Shown in pieces: positions 1 through 9,987 of a stretch of 43,337 nucleotides of DNA. The notes under the pieces are model-generated. The model ran no database searches. It was not told where the DNA came from and saw only the letters and a list, made by a program, of their open reading frames with translations. This DNA is from an uncultured Muribaculaceae bacterium (lineage in GTDB: Bacteria; Bacillota_I; Bacilli_A; RF39; UBA660): the NCBI GenBank assembly GCA_964626795.1, contig CAZVIQ010000002.1:1-43337 (forward strand), read 5' to 3'. The position numbers and the translations under genes are program-made. Within the stretch, counting starts at the first letter, position 1. The number at the start of each line of letters is the position of its first letter.

Positions 1-62
1 TAATTAATGAAAACTATGTTCCTCTGAGTTATAATATAGAAGAAGTTCAAACTTTAAAAAAG

Positions 63-91
63 TTTACTTAAATTAAAATATCTGCTATAAT
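63..91 (+). promoter_or_regulatory. Candidate sigma-A promoter of the pheST leader
   Basis: TTTACT at 63-68, a 17-nt spacer, then an extended -10 TGcTATAAT at 83-91. It lies upstream of the T-box leader. Confidence 0.45.
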
Positions 92-99
92 ATCTTTAG

Positions 100-299
100 T
101 CTTTTGAAAGAAATAGTAATAGTGAAATTATTTAAATAGAGAGTTAGTAATTAGGTGTAATACTAATAAATAATAGCTGTGAATTCAACTTTCGTTAAAA
201 GAATCGTTTGTATACGTTATATACTATTAAAGAGCATAATAACTTTATGAATTAAGGTGGTACCGCGATAACTCGTCCTTAAGTTGTAGAGTTTTTTTA
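100..299 (+). promoter_or_regulatory. T-box riboswitch leader (Phe specifier) with intrinsic terminator
   Basis: AGAGAG box at 138-143. Candidate specifier UUC followed by A at 184-187. Conserved T-box sequence AAGGTGGTACCGCG at 254-267. Terminator arms 241-257/277-293 (with G-U pairs) followed by a T7 run at 292-298. The element is directly upstream of pheS. Confidence 0.8.
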
Positions 300-315
300 T
301 TTAGGAGGAATAAAA

Positions 316-1368
316 ATGAAAGAAAAATTAAAAAGTTTAAAGTCTGAAGTATTAAAAGAATTAAGTGAAGTAAAAGATGAGATTTCTTTTAATTTAATTA
401 AGTCAAAATATTTAGGTAAAAAAAGTGAATTTACAGAGATAATGAAAACTATGTCTGAACTTAAAGATGAAGAAAAGAAAGAAATAGGACTTGTAGTTAC
501 TGAGTTTAGAAATACTGTAAATGAAGCTTTTGATACTAAATTAATAGAACTCAAAGAAAAAGAATTAAATAGTAAATTAGAAAGTGGAAGGATTGATATT
601 ACTTTACCTAGTAAAAAGGTTAAAAAAGGTAGTCTTCATCCAGTTACTAGAGTTGTTGAAGAAATTCAAGATTTATTTGTTTCTATGGGATATGAAGTAG
701 TTGATGGTCCAGAAATTGAAAGTGATCTTTTTAACTTTGAACTTTTGAATTTACCTAAGGGACATCCTGCAAGAGATGCACAAGATTCATTTTATATAAC
801 TGAAGAATTATTACTTAGAACCCATACTTCTCCAATGCAGGCTAGGGTGATGCAGAAATGTGAAGGTAAGAAGCCAATTAAAATTATCTGTACAGGTAAA
901 ACATATAGAAGAGATGATGATGCATCACATTCACATCAGTTTGGTCAGGTTGAAGGTCTTGTTGTAGATAAAAATATAACACTTTCAGATTTAAAAGGAA
1001 CTCTTGAAGAACTGTGTAAAAAACTCTTAGGAGAGAAAACTGAAGTAAGATTTAGAGCAAGTTATTTTCCTTTTACAGAACCATCTTATGAAGTAGATGC
1101 AACATGTTTTAAATGTGGAGGAAATGGATGCCCTTTATGTAAGCATACAGGATGGATAGAAATAGGCGGATCAGGTATGGTTCATCCTAATGTACTTAGA
1201 ATGAATGGATATAATCCTGATGAATGGACTGGTTTTGCCTTTGGTTCAGGACTTGATAGAATCGCGATGATTAAATATAATATTCCAGATATTAGATATC
1301 TGTATACAAATGATATAAGAATGTTAAATCAATTTACAAGAAAGGAAGATAAAAATGAAACTAAGTAA
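316..1368 (+). CDS. pheS: Phenylalanine--tRNA ligase alpha subunit
   Basis: 350 aa. Class II aaRS motifs (HPARD, FRASYFPFTEPS, GSGMVHPNVL, GFAFGSGLDRIAM). RBS AGGAGG lies upstream. The 3' end overlaps the pheT start. Confidence 0.95.
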   Translation: MKEKLKSLKSEVLKELSEVKDEISFNLIKSKYLGKKSEFTEIMKTMSELKDEEKKEIGLVVTEFRNTVNEAFDTKLIELKEKELNSKLESGRIDITLPSKKVKKGSLHPVTRVVEEIQDLFVSMGYEVVDGPEIESDLFNFELLNLPKGHPARDAQDSFYITEELLLRTHTSPMQARVMQKCEGKKPIKIICTGKTYRRDDDASHSHQFGQVEGLVVDKNITLSDLKGTLEELCKKLLGEKTEVRFRASYFPFTEPSYEVDATCFKCGGNGCPLCKHTGWIEIGGSGMVHPNVLRMNGYNPDEWTGFAFGSGLDRIAMIKYNIPDIRYLYTNDIRMLNQFTRKEDKNETK

Positions 1369-3712
1369 AAAGTTTTTAAAAGAATACCTAAATATAGATG
1401 AACCTTTTAAGAATATTGCTGAAGATATGACTAGAATAGGTAATGAGTATGAAAAAGTTTATCCTCTTGTAGATTCTTCTTTACTTGTTATTGGTGAAAT
1501 ACTTGAAGTTAAAGATCATCCTGATTCAGATCATTTACACGTATGTATGGTGAATACAGGTAAAGAAAAACTTCAAATTGTATGTGGTGCACCTAATGTT
1601 AGAGTAGGACTTAAAACTATCGTCGCAGTATCTGGAACAAAATTGCCTGGAGGTATGATAAATAAGTCGGTAATACGTGGAATAGAATCAAATGGTATGA
1701 TGGTTGCGCTTAATGAACTTGGAATTGAAAATAAATATTTATCAGAAAAGGATATTCTAGGGATACATGAATTTGATGATGATGCTCCTATAGGAGAAGA
1801 TGCTATAAAATATATGGAACTTGATGATGAAGTTATAGATTTTGAATTAACTGCAAATAGAGGAGATCTTTTAAGTATACTTGGTCTTGCTTATGAAGTG
1901 GGAACACTTTATTCAAAAGATATCAAACCAATAGATCTATCATATACTGAAACTGGTGAAGATATAAATAATTCATTTAAAATATCAGTTAAAACAGATA
2001 AATGTTTTACATTTCTTTCTAGAAAAGTACTTAATATAGAAATTAAAGAAAGTCCTAAATTTATTAAAAACAGACTTATAGCGTCTGGTATAAGGCCAAT
2101 AAACAATATAGTTGATATAAGTAATTATGTGATGCTTGAAACAGGGCAGCCAATGCATTTCTATGACGCTGATAAAGTAGAAGGTGAAATTGGTGTTAGA
2201 TTTGCAAAAGAAGGTGAATTATTAAAGACACTTGATGAGAAAGAAAGAGTTTTATCTGCTACTGATTTAATAATTGTAAATAAAAATGATGAAGCTATTG
2301 GACTTGCAGGTGTAATGGGTGGTTATAACACTGAGATAGAAAATACCACTAAAAATATAGTAATAGAATCTGCTATCTTTGATTCTTTTTCAGTAAGATA
2401 CACTTCTAAAAAAATATTAAGAAGTGAATCGTCAAATAGATTTGAAAAAGGTCTTGATGTAAATAGATGTTATATGGCTATGGATAGAGCATGTAACTTA
2501 CTTGAAAAGTATGCTTCAGGAACAGTAAATACTGGATTATGTGAATATAACACTCTTTCAAAGGAAAATAAAACTATTGAAATTAAAGTATCATTTATAA
2601 ATAAAATATTAGGTTTTGAAATTCCTAAGGAAGAAATTATTTCAATTTTTAACAGACTAAAATTTGAAGTTACATCTGAGGGAGAAAATTTAATCGTAAG
2701 TGTTCCTTCACGTAGAATAGATATTGAAATTAAAGAAGATCTAGTTGAAGAAGTAGGAAGAATATATGGTGTAGAAAAAGTAAAGGGTAAATTACCGGAT
2801 ACTGATTCAAAACCTGGATATGCTGATACTTATCTTAGAGATATAAAACATAAACTTGCTTCTTTGGGATTAAATGAGACTCTTACATATACTTTAGTAA
2901 ATCAAAATGAAAGTAAAGCATATACTAATGAAGAATTTGAAAGTATAAAAATATTAGATCCAATGACAGAAGAAAGAATGTATTTAAGATATAGTCTTAT
3001 ACCATCACTTTATTCTGTATACGAATATAATAAGTCTCGTAATAATAAAAATATTTCTATATTTGAAATAGGAAAAAGTTTTAAAAAAGAAACTGAGGAA
3101 TGTAAAGAAACATACAAGCTTTCAGCTTTAATGACTGGTAAGTATTATGAAGATATAAGTAAAAACAATAATGTTGACTTTTATGTTGTTAAAGGCGTAA
3201 TTGAAGAACTTTTAGATTATCATGGATATAATGGAAGATATAGTTTTGTAGAAGATTATTCATTAAAAGAACTTCATCCATATCAAAGTGCTAAAATAAT
3301 GGTAAATGGAATTACTGTTGGATATATAGGAAAACTTCATCCTAATATTACAAAAGAAGATGTGTATGTATTTGAAATTAATTTGGAAGTTTTAAGAAAT
3401 ATAAATTCTGGTAAAATAAAATATAAAGAACTTAGTAAGTATCCATCAGTTGAAAAAGATGTATCATTTATAACAGAGGATAATATAAATTCCTTAGATA
3501 TAGAAACTGCAATTAAAAAGGCTTCTTCAAATATACTTAAAGAAGTAAAAGTAGTGGATGTTTATAAAGAAGAAAATAAATATTCTATAACATATAAAAT
3601 GATATTTGAATCTTTTGATAGAACATTAACTGATGAAGAAGTACTCAGTGAATTTAATAAAATAATAGATACTGTATGTAAAAAATTTAATATTAAAATT
3701 AAAAATATGTGA
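1355..3712 (+). CDS. pheT: Phenylalanine--tRNA ligase beta subunit
   Basis: 785 aa. N-terminal tRNA-binding domain (HPDSDHLHVC, VCGAPNV), then B3/4 and B5 regions and a C-terminal FDX-ACB-like domain. Translationally coupled to pheS. Confidence 0.95.
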   Translation: MKLSKKFLKEYLNIDEPFKNIAEDMTRIGNEYEKVYPLVDSSLLVIGEILEVKDHPDSDHLHVCMVNTGKEKLQIVCGAPNVRVGLKTIVAVSGTKLPGGMINKSVIRGIESNGMMVALNELGIENKYLSEKDILGIHEFDDDAPIGEDAIKYMELDDEVIDFELTANRGDLLSILGLAYEVGTLYSKDIKPIDLSYTETGEDINNSFKISVKTDKCFTFLSRKVLNIEIKESPKFIKNRLIASGIRPINNIVDISNYVMLETGQPMHFYDADKVEGEIGVRFAKEGELLKTLDEKERVLSATDLIIVNKNDEAIGLAGVMGGYNTEIENTTKNIVIESAIFDSFSVRYTSKKILRSESSNRFEKGLDVNRCYMAMDRACNLLEKYASGTVNTGLCEYNTLSKENKTIEIKVSFINKILGFEIPKEEIISIFNRLKFEVTSEGENLIVSVPSRRIDIEIKEDLVEEVGRIYGVEKVKGKLPDTDSKPGYADTYLRDIKHKLASLGLNETLTYTLVNQNESKAYTNEEFESIKILDPMTEERMYLRYSLIPSLYSVYEYNKSRNNKNISIFEIGKSFKKETEECKETYKLSALMTGKYYEDISKNNNVDFYVVKGVIEELLDYHGYNGRYSFVEDYSLKELHPYQSAKIMVNGITVGYIGKLHPNITKEDVYVFEINLEVLRNINSGKIKYKELSKYPSVEKDVSFITEDNINSLDIETAIKKASSNILKEVKVVDVYKEENKYSITYKMIFESFDRTLTDEEVLSEFNKIIDTVCKKFNIKIKNM

Positions 3713-3769
3713 TTTTTAATGCATAATTACAAAATTTATTGTATAATATTTTCAGAAAGGTAGGTTATT

Positions 3770-4318
3770 ATGGGATATATAATCTTTGGTGTTGTAGTCG
3801 CACTATTAATTTTATACGTAGGCGCAACATATAATAGTTTAATTACTCTTAGAAATAGAGTAAAAGATCAATGGGCACAGATAGATGTTCAACTAAAAAG
3901 GAGATTTGATTTAATACCAAATTTAGTTGAAACTGTAAAAGGATATGCTTCACATGAAAGTGAAACTTTAGAAAAAGTTATTGAAGCGAGAAATAAATTT
4001 CAAAGTGCAACTAATAAAGAAGAAGAAATGAAAGCAAGTGGAGAACTTACAAATGTAGTATCTAAATTATTTGCTTTAGCAGAAAGTTATCCTGATTTAA
4101 AAGCTAACACTAATTTTCAGGAACTTCAAAGAGAACTTGGTGATACTGAAAATAAGATTGCTTCAGCTAGACAATTTTACAATGATACGGTTCTAACTTA
4201 TAATAATAAAGTTGAAATGTTTCCTTCTAATTTAATAGCTGGTATGTTTAAGTTTTCAAGAGATGTATTCTTTGAAGCAAATGCTAAAGAAAGAGAAAAC
4301 GTTAGTGTAAAATTTTAA
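3770..4318 (+). CDS. lemA: LemA family membrane protein
   Basis: 182 aa. N-terminal TM segment, then the typical LemA string YNSLITLRNRVKDQWAQIDVQLKRRFDLIPNLVETVKGYASHE and ARQFYNDTVLTYNNK. Confidence 0.85.
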   Translation: MGYIIFGVVVALLILYVGATYNSLITLRNRVKDQWAQIDVQLKRRFDLIPNLVETVKGYASHESETLEKVIEARNKFQSATNKEEEMKASGELTNVVSKLFALAESYPDLKANTNFQELQRELGDTENKIASARQFYNDTVLTYNNKVEMFPSNLIAGMFKFSRDVFFEANAKERENVSVKF

Positions 4319-4342
4319 GGCTTACTTTTGTAAGTCTTTTTT
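4317..4342 (+). terminator. Short hairpin plus T-run between lemA and the DUF2207 gene (partial terminator or attenuator)
   Basis: AAGGCTTAC (4317-4325) pairs with GTAAGTCTT (4330-4338) over 9 bp including one G-U. Loop is TTTT, followed by a T-run to 4342. Confidence 0.4.
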
Positions 4343-4356
4343 AGGAAGGGGATATT

Positions 4357-6261
4357 ATGAAAAAAATATTTTTTCTTTTAATTCTTATATTTTTTCCTCT
4401 TATTACCTTAAATGCGGTTCCAAGTGATGAAGTTGACTATAGTGTAGAAGGTATATATATTAATGGTCAGATAGAAATAGCTGGAGCTGTTCATTTTAGA
4501 GAAATAATTAAGATAAGCGGAACTTATAATGGTTATATAAGAGATTTAATATATAAAAGAGATGCTCCAAGTTTTAATGGAGATGCGGATAGTTTTTACA
4601 ACAGCGATATTTATAATGGTGATGGTGTTATTATAAATAAAGTGGGAATACTTAATGTAGAAGATTTTAGTTTTGAAAATTTTGATGAAAACCATATAAA
4701 TGAAAATGTAGATTTCTTTAAAAACGAATCAAATAATACTTACGAAATATCTTCTATTAATAATGGTAAAAGCATTAAAATGTATAATGAAACAATAAGA
4801 GGAGAAACTTATTTTTATATTGACTATACAGTTACTAATCTAATAGTAGAACATAATGATTGTGCAGAATTTTACTATAATATAATTGGAGACAGTTTTG
4901 ATGATTATATTAATGAAGTCAAGGCAGTAGTATATCTTCCAGAAGCAGATCCGGATAATTTAAGAATATGGGCACATGGACCATTAAATGGAGAAGCTTA
5001 TATCATAGAAGGTGGATATGGAGGAATATTAAAAATAAATGGTTTAAATTCTTTTACTTCGATTGATTTAAGAATGACATACTCAAAAGAACTTTTTCCA
5101 ATAAATATAAACGAACATAAAAAATCTGGTGTCGATGCTATTCCATTCATTCTGGAAGCTGAAAATAAAAGAGCAGAGGAAGCAAATATACAAAGAAGAG
5201 CTGCTAAAATAACGGTTTATACCTCTGTAATATCTGGAATTCTATACATAATGGGTATAGTAGCTTTAACTTTCTATGCTTATATTAAACATGATAAAGA
5301 ATATAAAAGTGAATTTAAAAATAGATATAACAGAGAATTTATAGAAGATTACGATGTAGAAGTTGTTGACTATCTAATGAAAAAGAATATTTCTTCAGAT
5401 GCGTTTTCTGCAAGTATTTTAAATTTAATTTATAAGAAAAAAATTAGTGTAGAAGAAATAAAAGAGAAGAAAAAAGATTACCTTTTTACTTTAATAAGTA
5501 AAGAAGGAATAAGTGAAAGTGAAACAAAAATAATAGAATTATTATTTGATAAAATAGGTTCAGATAATAAAGTTAAAATGAGTAAAATTAAAAAAGTTTC
5601 AAAAGAAGTATATAGCACTAATAAAAATGTTATTTATGATAGTTTTAATGCTTGGAAAAATATAGTTTTTAAGGAAAGTCAGAAACAAGAATTTTTCACT
5701 AAAAATTTGAAAGTTAAATTATTATTAGGTTTTTATGGAATTTTAGGTTTTCTTATATTTGCTCTTTTAGTGAATGTGGGATTAGAATCATTTGGAATAA
5801 TTTTATTAGTTATATCGATTATATATTTACTGTATATTATTCTATTTACTAAAAGAACTGTTAAAGGTAATGAACATTATATTAAGTGGAAGGCTTTTAA
5901 AAGATTTTTAGAAGACTTTGGAAGATTTAAAGAAAAAGAACTACCTGAAATAGTTCTATGGGAAAGATATCTAGTATATGCAACGGTTCTTGGAGTTGCA
6001 GATAAAGTAAGCAAAGCTATGAAAGTTAAATTTGAAGAAATGAATATAAATAATAATACATTTGATAATACTTTCTATCATATATATTTATTTAACAGCA
6101 TAAATAATGATATTTCAAGAAATATAAACAGTTCAATTCAAAGTTCAATTTCAACTGTAAATATTGCTAATTCTAAAACATCTTCTGGAAGTGGCTTTGG
6201 AGGAGGATTTTCTTCCGGTGGAGGCTTCGGTGGAGGTGGCGGAGGAGGCAGAGGTTTCTAA
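4357..6261 (+). CDS. DUF2207-like membrane protein with Gly-rich C-terminal tail
   Basis: 634 aa. Signal peptide, large extracytoplasmic N-domain, TM segments near aa 285-310 and 455-500, and a C-terminal SGSGFGGGFSSGGGFGGGGGGGRGF tail. It sits in the classic position next to lemA. Confidence 0.7.
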   Translation: MKKIFFLLILIFFPLITLNAVPSDEVDYSVEGIYINGQIEIAGAVHFREIIKISGTYNGYIRDLIYKRDAPSFNGDADSFYNSDIYNGDGVIINKVGILNVEDFSFENFDENHINENVDFFKNESNNTYEISSINNGKSIKMYNETIRGETYFYIDYTVTNLIVEHNDCAEFYYNIIGDSFDDYINEVKAVVYLPEADPDNLRIWAHGPLNGEAYIIEGGYGGILKINGLNSFTSIDLRMTYSKELFPININEHKKSGVDAIPFILEAENKRAEEANIQRRAAKITVYTSVISGILYIMGIVALTFYAYIKHDKEYKSEFKNRYNREFIEDYDVEVVDYLMKKNISSDAFSASILNLIYKKKISVEEIKEKKKDYLFTLISKEGISESETKIIELLFDKIGSDNKVKMSKIKKVSKEVYSTNKNVIYDSFNAWKNIVFKESQKQEFFTKNLKVKLLLGFYGILGFLIFALLVNVGLESFGIILLVISIIYLLYIILFTKRTVKGNEHYIKWKAFKRFLEDFGRFKEKELPEIVLWERYLVYATVLGVADKVSKAMKVKFEEMNINNNTFDNTFYHIYLFNSINNDISRNINSSIQSSISTVNIANSKTSSGSGFGGGFSSGGGFGGGGGGGRGF

Positions 6262-6576
6262 TCTTTGTCTTTTTTTATTGATATCCTTAAATAGTATATT
6301 TTTTAATTTTTGAAGAATAAATAAGGAAGATGAATTAATATTTTCTAATTATTTGAATAGAAAATTAATGTTAATTAAATATAATGTGAAATAGCACAGT
6401 TTTAAATGCGAAAACAGGTAAAATTTGGCAGCTGGAGGGTAGACTATGATTTAGTATTAATAAAACAAAGTTTTTGTTTTGTGGAAATAAATATAAAAAA
6501 GAAAAGTGTATGAATGAAATAAGTTTTAAAATAATTACTAAATAACATAATCATTTAGAAAAAAATTTTTAAAATG

Positions 6577-6645
6577 AAAGAACCACAATAATCTGCCATA
6601 GCCTAAATATACTAGCGTATATCAACCTATAACTTGTGGTTCTTT
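6577..6645. other. Long-range perfect 12-bp inverted repeat with a 45-nt loop (possible minus-strand terminator or small structured RNA)
   Basis: AAAGAACCACAA (6577-6588) and TTGTGGTTCTTT (6634-6645). The loop contains a nested TATAC/GTATA hairpin. The element lies just downstream of the minus-strand ORF that ends at 6686. Confidence 0.35.
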
Positions 6646-6685
6646 TAGTATTATTACCATAAAATAATAAATTATACATAAATGT

Positions 6686-7072
6686 TTATTGTAATACAAA
6701 TTTTCTATCATCTTCTAATTCAATTAGGCCTTTAATTTTATCTTCATTCATGGTTAAGAATAGATTATCTAAAGTGCTAAATGAATAATCAACATCTTTT
6801 AGATTACCAGTGTAATATTTAACTGATTCTGTATCCTTTGAAGTTTTTCTTGTTACAAATATATCAATATATGGGTTATCTTTAATTATCATATATTGGA
6901 TGGCTAAATTTGGTAAAAAATGTGTTCTAATTATCGCATCATATTTAGAAATTTTTTGAATACATAAAGGTGTGTAAACATAGTTTTCTGCTAGACTATT
7001 CGAATCATTTCCTGTTAAATCCTTAGAAACATATAAAGTTTTAAAAAGCTTATTATTTAATACAGAAAACAC
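6686..7072 (-). CDS. Hypothetical protein (possibly the 3' half of a frameshifted gene)
   Basis: 128-aa ORF whose only possible start is GTG at 7072. It overlaps the upstream ORF by 16 nt. No recognisable motif. Confidence 0.45.
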   Translation of the reverse strand: MFSVLNNKLFKTLYVSKDLTGNDSNSLAENYVYTPLCIQKISKYDAIIRTHFLPNLAIQYMIIKDNPYIDIFVTRKTSKDTESVKYYTGNLKDVDYSFSTLDNLFLTMNEDKIKGLIELEDDRKFVLQ

Positions 7073-7422
7073 ACTTTTTTACTGTCCTTTTGGCAAGGAA
7101 GAATTCCTGTAGCTTGTGAAAACTCTATTTCAAATATAATTCCATTACTATCAGTTTTAGTTGATATTTGTGAATTACAGGTTCTTTTTATATCGCTGTA
7201 GGGATCTTCTATAGTTTCTATAGATGATAATCCATCTAATTCAGGGATAAGTGAACTGTCATAAACAGTTGAATCAGGATTAAATGTATTTGAATTATCT
7301 CTTAAAAGCATATCATTCAAATATTTTTCAAATGATTCCAGATCAGTTTGAAACTGACTATCATTTGCAATTAACTTATCTGTTCTTTTTTTAAATAAAT
7401 TTGTTATATCAATTTTTTTCAT
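7057..7422 (-). CDS. Hypothetical protein (possibly the 5' half of a frameshifted gene)
   Basis: 121-aa ORF with an ATG start. The minus-strand sequence upstream reads AAGGAGTATGTATG, giving an RBS. No recognisable motif. Confidence 0.5.
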   Translation of the reverse strand: MKKIDITNLFKKRTDKLIANDSQFQTDLESFEKYLNDMLLRDNSNTFNPDSTVYDSSLIPELDGLSSIETIEDPYSDIKRTCNSQISTKTDSNGIIFEIEFSQATGILPCQKDSKKVCFLY

Positions 7423-7527
7423 ACATACTCCTTAACTTTTTATTATAAACAAGTTATATCACTAAATCAAGTGAAAAAATCTTTATATTTTAATGCTTTT
7501 AGTATATAATTAAATTTAGGTGAAATA

Positions 7528-9303
7528 ATGCAGGACAAAATAAGAAATTTTAGTATCATAGCGCATATAGATCATGGAAAGAGTACTTTAGCAGATAGAA
7601 TTATTGAAATCTGTGGAGGTCTTACTTCAAGAGAAATGAAAGATCAATATTTAGATTCAATGGATATAGAACGTGAAAGAGGAATAACTATTAAACTTAA
7701 TGCAGTTGAACTTAAATATAAAGAACATATTCTTCATTTAATAGATACTCCGGGACACGTGGATTTTTCTTATGAGGTAAGTAGGAGTCTTGCTGCTTGT
7801 GAAGGCGCAATCTTAGTTGTAGATGCAGCCCAAGGTATAGAGGCTCAGACTCTTGCCAATTTTTATCTTGCTCTTAATAATGGTTTAAATATTATTCCAG
7901 TTATAAATAAAATTGATTTACCCAACAGTGATATTGAAAAGGTAACAAAAGAACTTTGTGATATTGGATTTAATAAAGATGAGATAATTTGCTGCAGTGG
8001 TAAAACTGGTGTCGGAGTTTCAGAACTTCTCGATGCAGTTATAGAAAGAATTGAAGCACCTAAAAGCGAAAATAATAAATTCAGAGCTTTAATATTTGAC
8101 AGTTATTTTGATGCATATCGTGGTGTGGTTGTACTTATGAGAGTAATGGATGGCTCTGTTAAAGTTGGAGATAAAATAAAAATGATATCTACAGATGGAG
8201 AATATGAAGTATTAGAACTGGGAAAATATACTCCTAAAGTAAACAAAAGAGAAACTTTAAGTGCGGGAGAGGTTGGATATTTAACTGCCAGCATTAAAAG
8301 TATAAGCGATATAAATGTAGGAGATACGATTTATAAAGCGGGTGAGAAAATTGAACCGCTTCCGGGATATAAACCTATGAAACCTATGGTTTATTCAGGT
8401 ATTTTTCCTGTTGAAAGTAATAAATATGAACAATTAAAAGAAGCGCTATCTAAACTCAAATTAAATGACGCGGCTTTAATATATGAACCAGAAACCAGCG
8501 TAGCTTTAGGATTTGGTTTTAGATGTGGATTTCTAGGTCTTCTTCATATGGAAATAATAGAAGAACGAATAGAAAGAGAATTTGGAATAGAAATAATCGC
8601 GACAAGTCCAAGTGTTGTATATGAAATTATTTTAAATGATAAAACAAATATATTTATAGATAGTCCTTCAAAAATGCCTGAGCAGACTAAAATAAATAAA
8701 ATTTTAGAGCCTTATGTAAAAACCAGTATATTTGTTCCAAATGAATACATAGGCGCTGTAATGGAGATTTGCCAAGATAAAAGAGGAAGCTATCAGGGAA
8801 TGGATTATTTAGATACTGGAAGAGTAAATATTCATTATGAAATTCCTTTGAGTGAAATAATATATGATTTTTTTGATAAGCTTAAAAGTAATACTTCAGG
8901 ATATGCTTCAATGGATTACGAATTAATTGGTTATAAAGAAAGTAGTCTTGTTAAGCTTGATATATTATTAAATGGTAGTATAGTAGATGCACTTAGTATT
9001 ATAGTTCATAAGGATTTTGCTTATAAGCGTGGTAAAAAAGTAGTTGAAAATTTAAGAAAGATTATACCAAGGCAGATGTTTGTTGTACCTATACAGGCCT
9101 CGATTGGATCTAAAATAATCTCAAGAGAAGATATACCAGCAATGAGAAAAAACGTACTTGCGAAATGTTATGGAGGAGATATTTCTAGAAAAAGAAAACT
9201 TTTAGAGAAACAAAAAGAAGGTAAAAAAAGAATGAAACAGGTAGGAAATGTAAGTATACCACAGGAAGCTTTTTTATCAGTACTTAGTGTTGATGATAAT
9301 TAA
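7528..9303 (+). CDS. lepA: Translation elongation factor 4 (LepA)
   Basis: 591 aa. GTPase motifs [14 protein letters not shown] and NKID, plus the LepA-specific C-terminal domain ([22 protein letters not shown]). Confidence 0.95.
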   Translation: MQDKIRNFSIIAHIDHGKSTLADRIIEICGGLTSREMKDQYLDSMDIERERGITIKLNAVELKYKEHILHLIDTPGHVDFSYEVSRSLAACEGAILVVDAAQGIEAQTLANFYLALNNGLNIIPVINKIDLPNSDIEKVTKELCDIGFNKDEIICCSGKTGVGVSELLDAVIERIEAPKSENNKFRALIFDSYFDAYRGVVVLMRVMDGSVKVGDKIKMISTDGEYEVLELGKYTPKVNKRETLSAGEVGYLTASIKSISDINVGDTIYKAGEKIEPLPGYKPMKPMVYSGIFPVESNKYEQLKEALSKLKLNDAALIYEPETSVALGFGFRCGFLGLLHMEIIEERIEREFGIEIIATSPSVVYEIILNDKTNIFIDSPSKMPEQTKINKILEPYVKTSIFVPNEYIGAVMEICQDKRGSYQGMDYLDTGRVNIHYEIPLSEIIYDFFDKLKSNTSGYASMDYELIGYKESSLVKLDILLNGSIVDALSIIVHKDFAYKRGKKVVENLRKIIPRQMFVVPIQASIGSKIISREDIPAMRKNVLAKCYGGDISRKRKLLEKQKEGKKRMKQVGNVSIPQEAFLSVLSVDDN

Positions 9304-9320
9304 TTTTTAGGAGGGTTTGG

Positions 9321-9881
9321 ATGAAAAAAATTGGTTTAGAAGAATATAAAAAAATGTTAATAGGTTACTATCGTCAAAGAGCAGATGAAAATACATATGA
9401 AAAAAGAAAAAGAAATATAGAAACAAAATATAGTGATGAATTCTTAGATAGAGTAGTGTTAGAAACTAAAGAATTTATTTCATTTTTACTTAATAAAATT
9501 AACACAGAAAAGAAAACAGTAGATGATTTAATCTTTTTTAAGCTCGAAAGACCGGTTTCACTTAATGGAGAAGAACTTTGTGATCATATTAGTAATGGCT
9601 GCTATGGAGGCTGGTATTCTGACAACCTATATTCGGTTATTTGCGAAAACAAAATAATATCAGTAAGTGACTATTTACTTAGAAGTTTTTTTGGAGAGAA
9701 CTTTAAAATATATTGGAGTTCTGAAATACAAAATAGATATACATCTAGTGAAACTGCAGGATGTGAATATCCATTATATTATTTATGTTTTATTGGACCA
9801 GTTCAAGAATTTAATCAAATTTTAAATGATGTTGGTTCATTAAATGGTGATTTTGCAAAACATTTAAGATTTCCTAATTAA
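9321..9881 (+). CDS. Hypothetical protein
   Basis: 186-aa ORF with RBS GGAGGG, 18 nt after the lepA stop. No recognisable family. Followed by a strong terminator. Confidence 0.55.
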   Translation: MKKIGLEEYKKMLIGYYRQRADENTYEKRKRNIETKYSDEFLDRVVLETKEFISFLLNKINTEKKTVDDLIFFKLERPVSLNGEELCDHISNGCYGGWYSDNLYSVICENKIISVSDYLLRSFFGENFKIYWSSEIQNRYTSSETAGCEYPLYYLCFIGPVQEFNQILNDVGSLNGDFAKHLRFPN

Positions 9882-9882
9882 G

Positions 9883-9929
9883 AAAATAATATATTTACTT
9901 TAATAAACAGTAAATATATTATTTTATTT
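9883..9929 (+). terminator. Rho-independent terminator
   Basis: Perfect 17-bp stem AAAATAATATATTTACT (9883-9899) / AGTAAATATATTATTTT (9909-9925) with a 9-nt loop and a T-rich tail. Confidence 0.7.
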
Positions 9930-9987
9930 GATTGAATAAATTGTCGAACTTTATTATAATATATTTAGAAATAAATAGGTGAGAGTA

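Noticed and set aside
297-554. 85-aa minus-strand ORF, and similar short antisense ORFs inside pheT, lepA, hemW, dnaG, sigA, trmK, mutL, xseA, spoIVB and the amidotransferase gene
   Set aside because: All lie inside well-supported sense-strand genes in an AT-rich genome. None has a convincing RBS or a recognisable motif.
6170-6261. Repetitive GGAGG/GGTGG DNA resembling a tandem repeat
   Set aside because: It encodes the Gly-rich tail typical of DUF2207 proteins. It is a coding low-complexity region, not an independent repeat element.
6403-6507. 34-aa plus-strand ORF (MRKQVKFGSWRVDYDLVLIKQSFCFVEINIKKKSV) in the gene-free region
   Set aside because: No RBS, no hydrophobic or otherwise recognisable character, and it crosses an A/T hairpin. 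Probably fortuitous.
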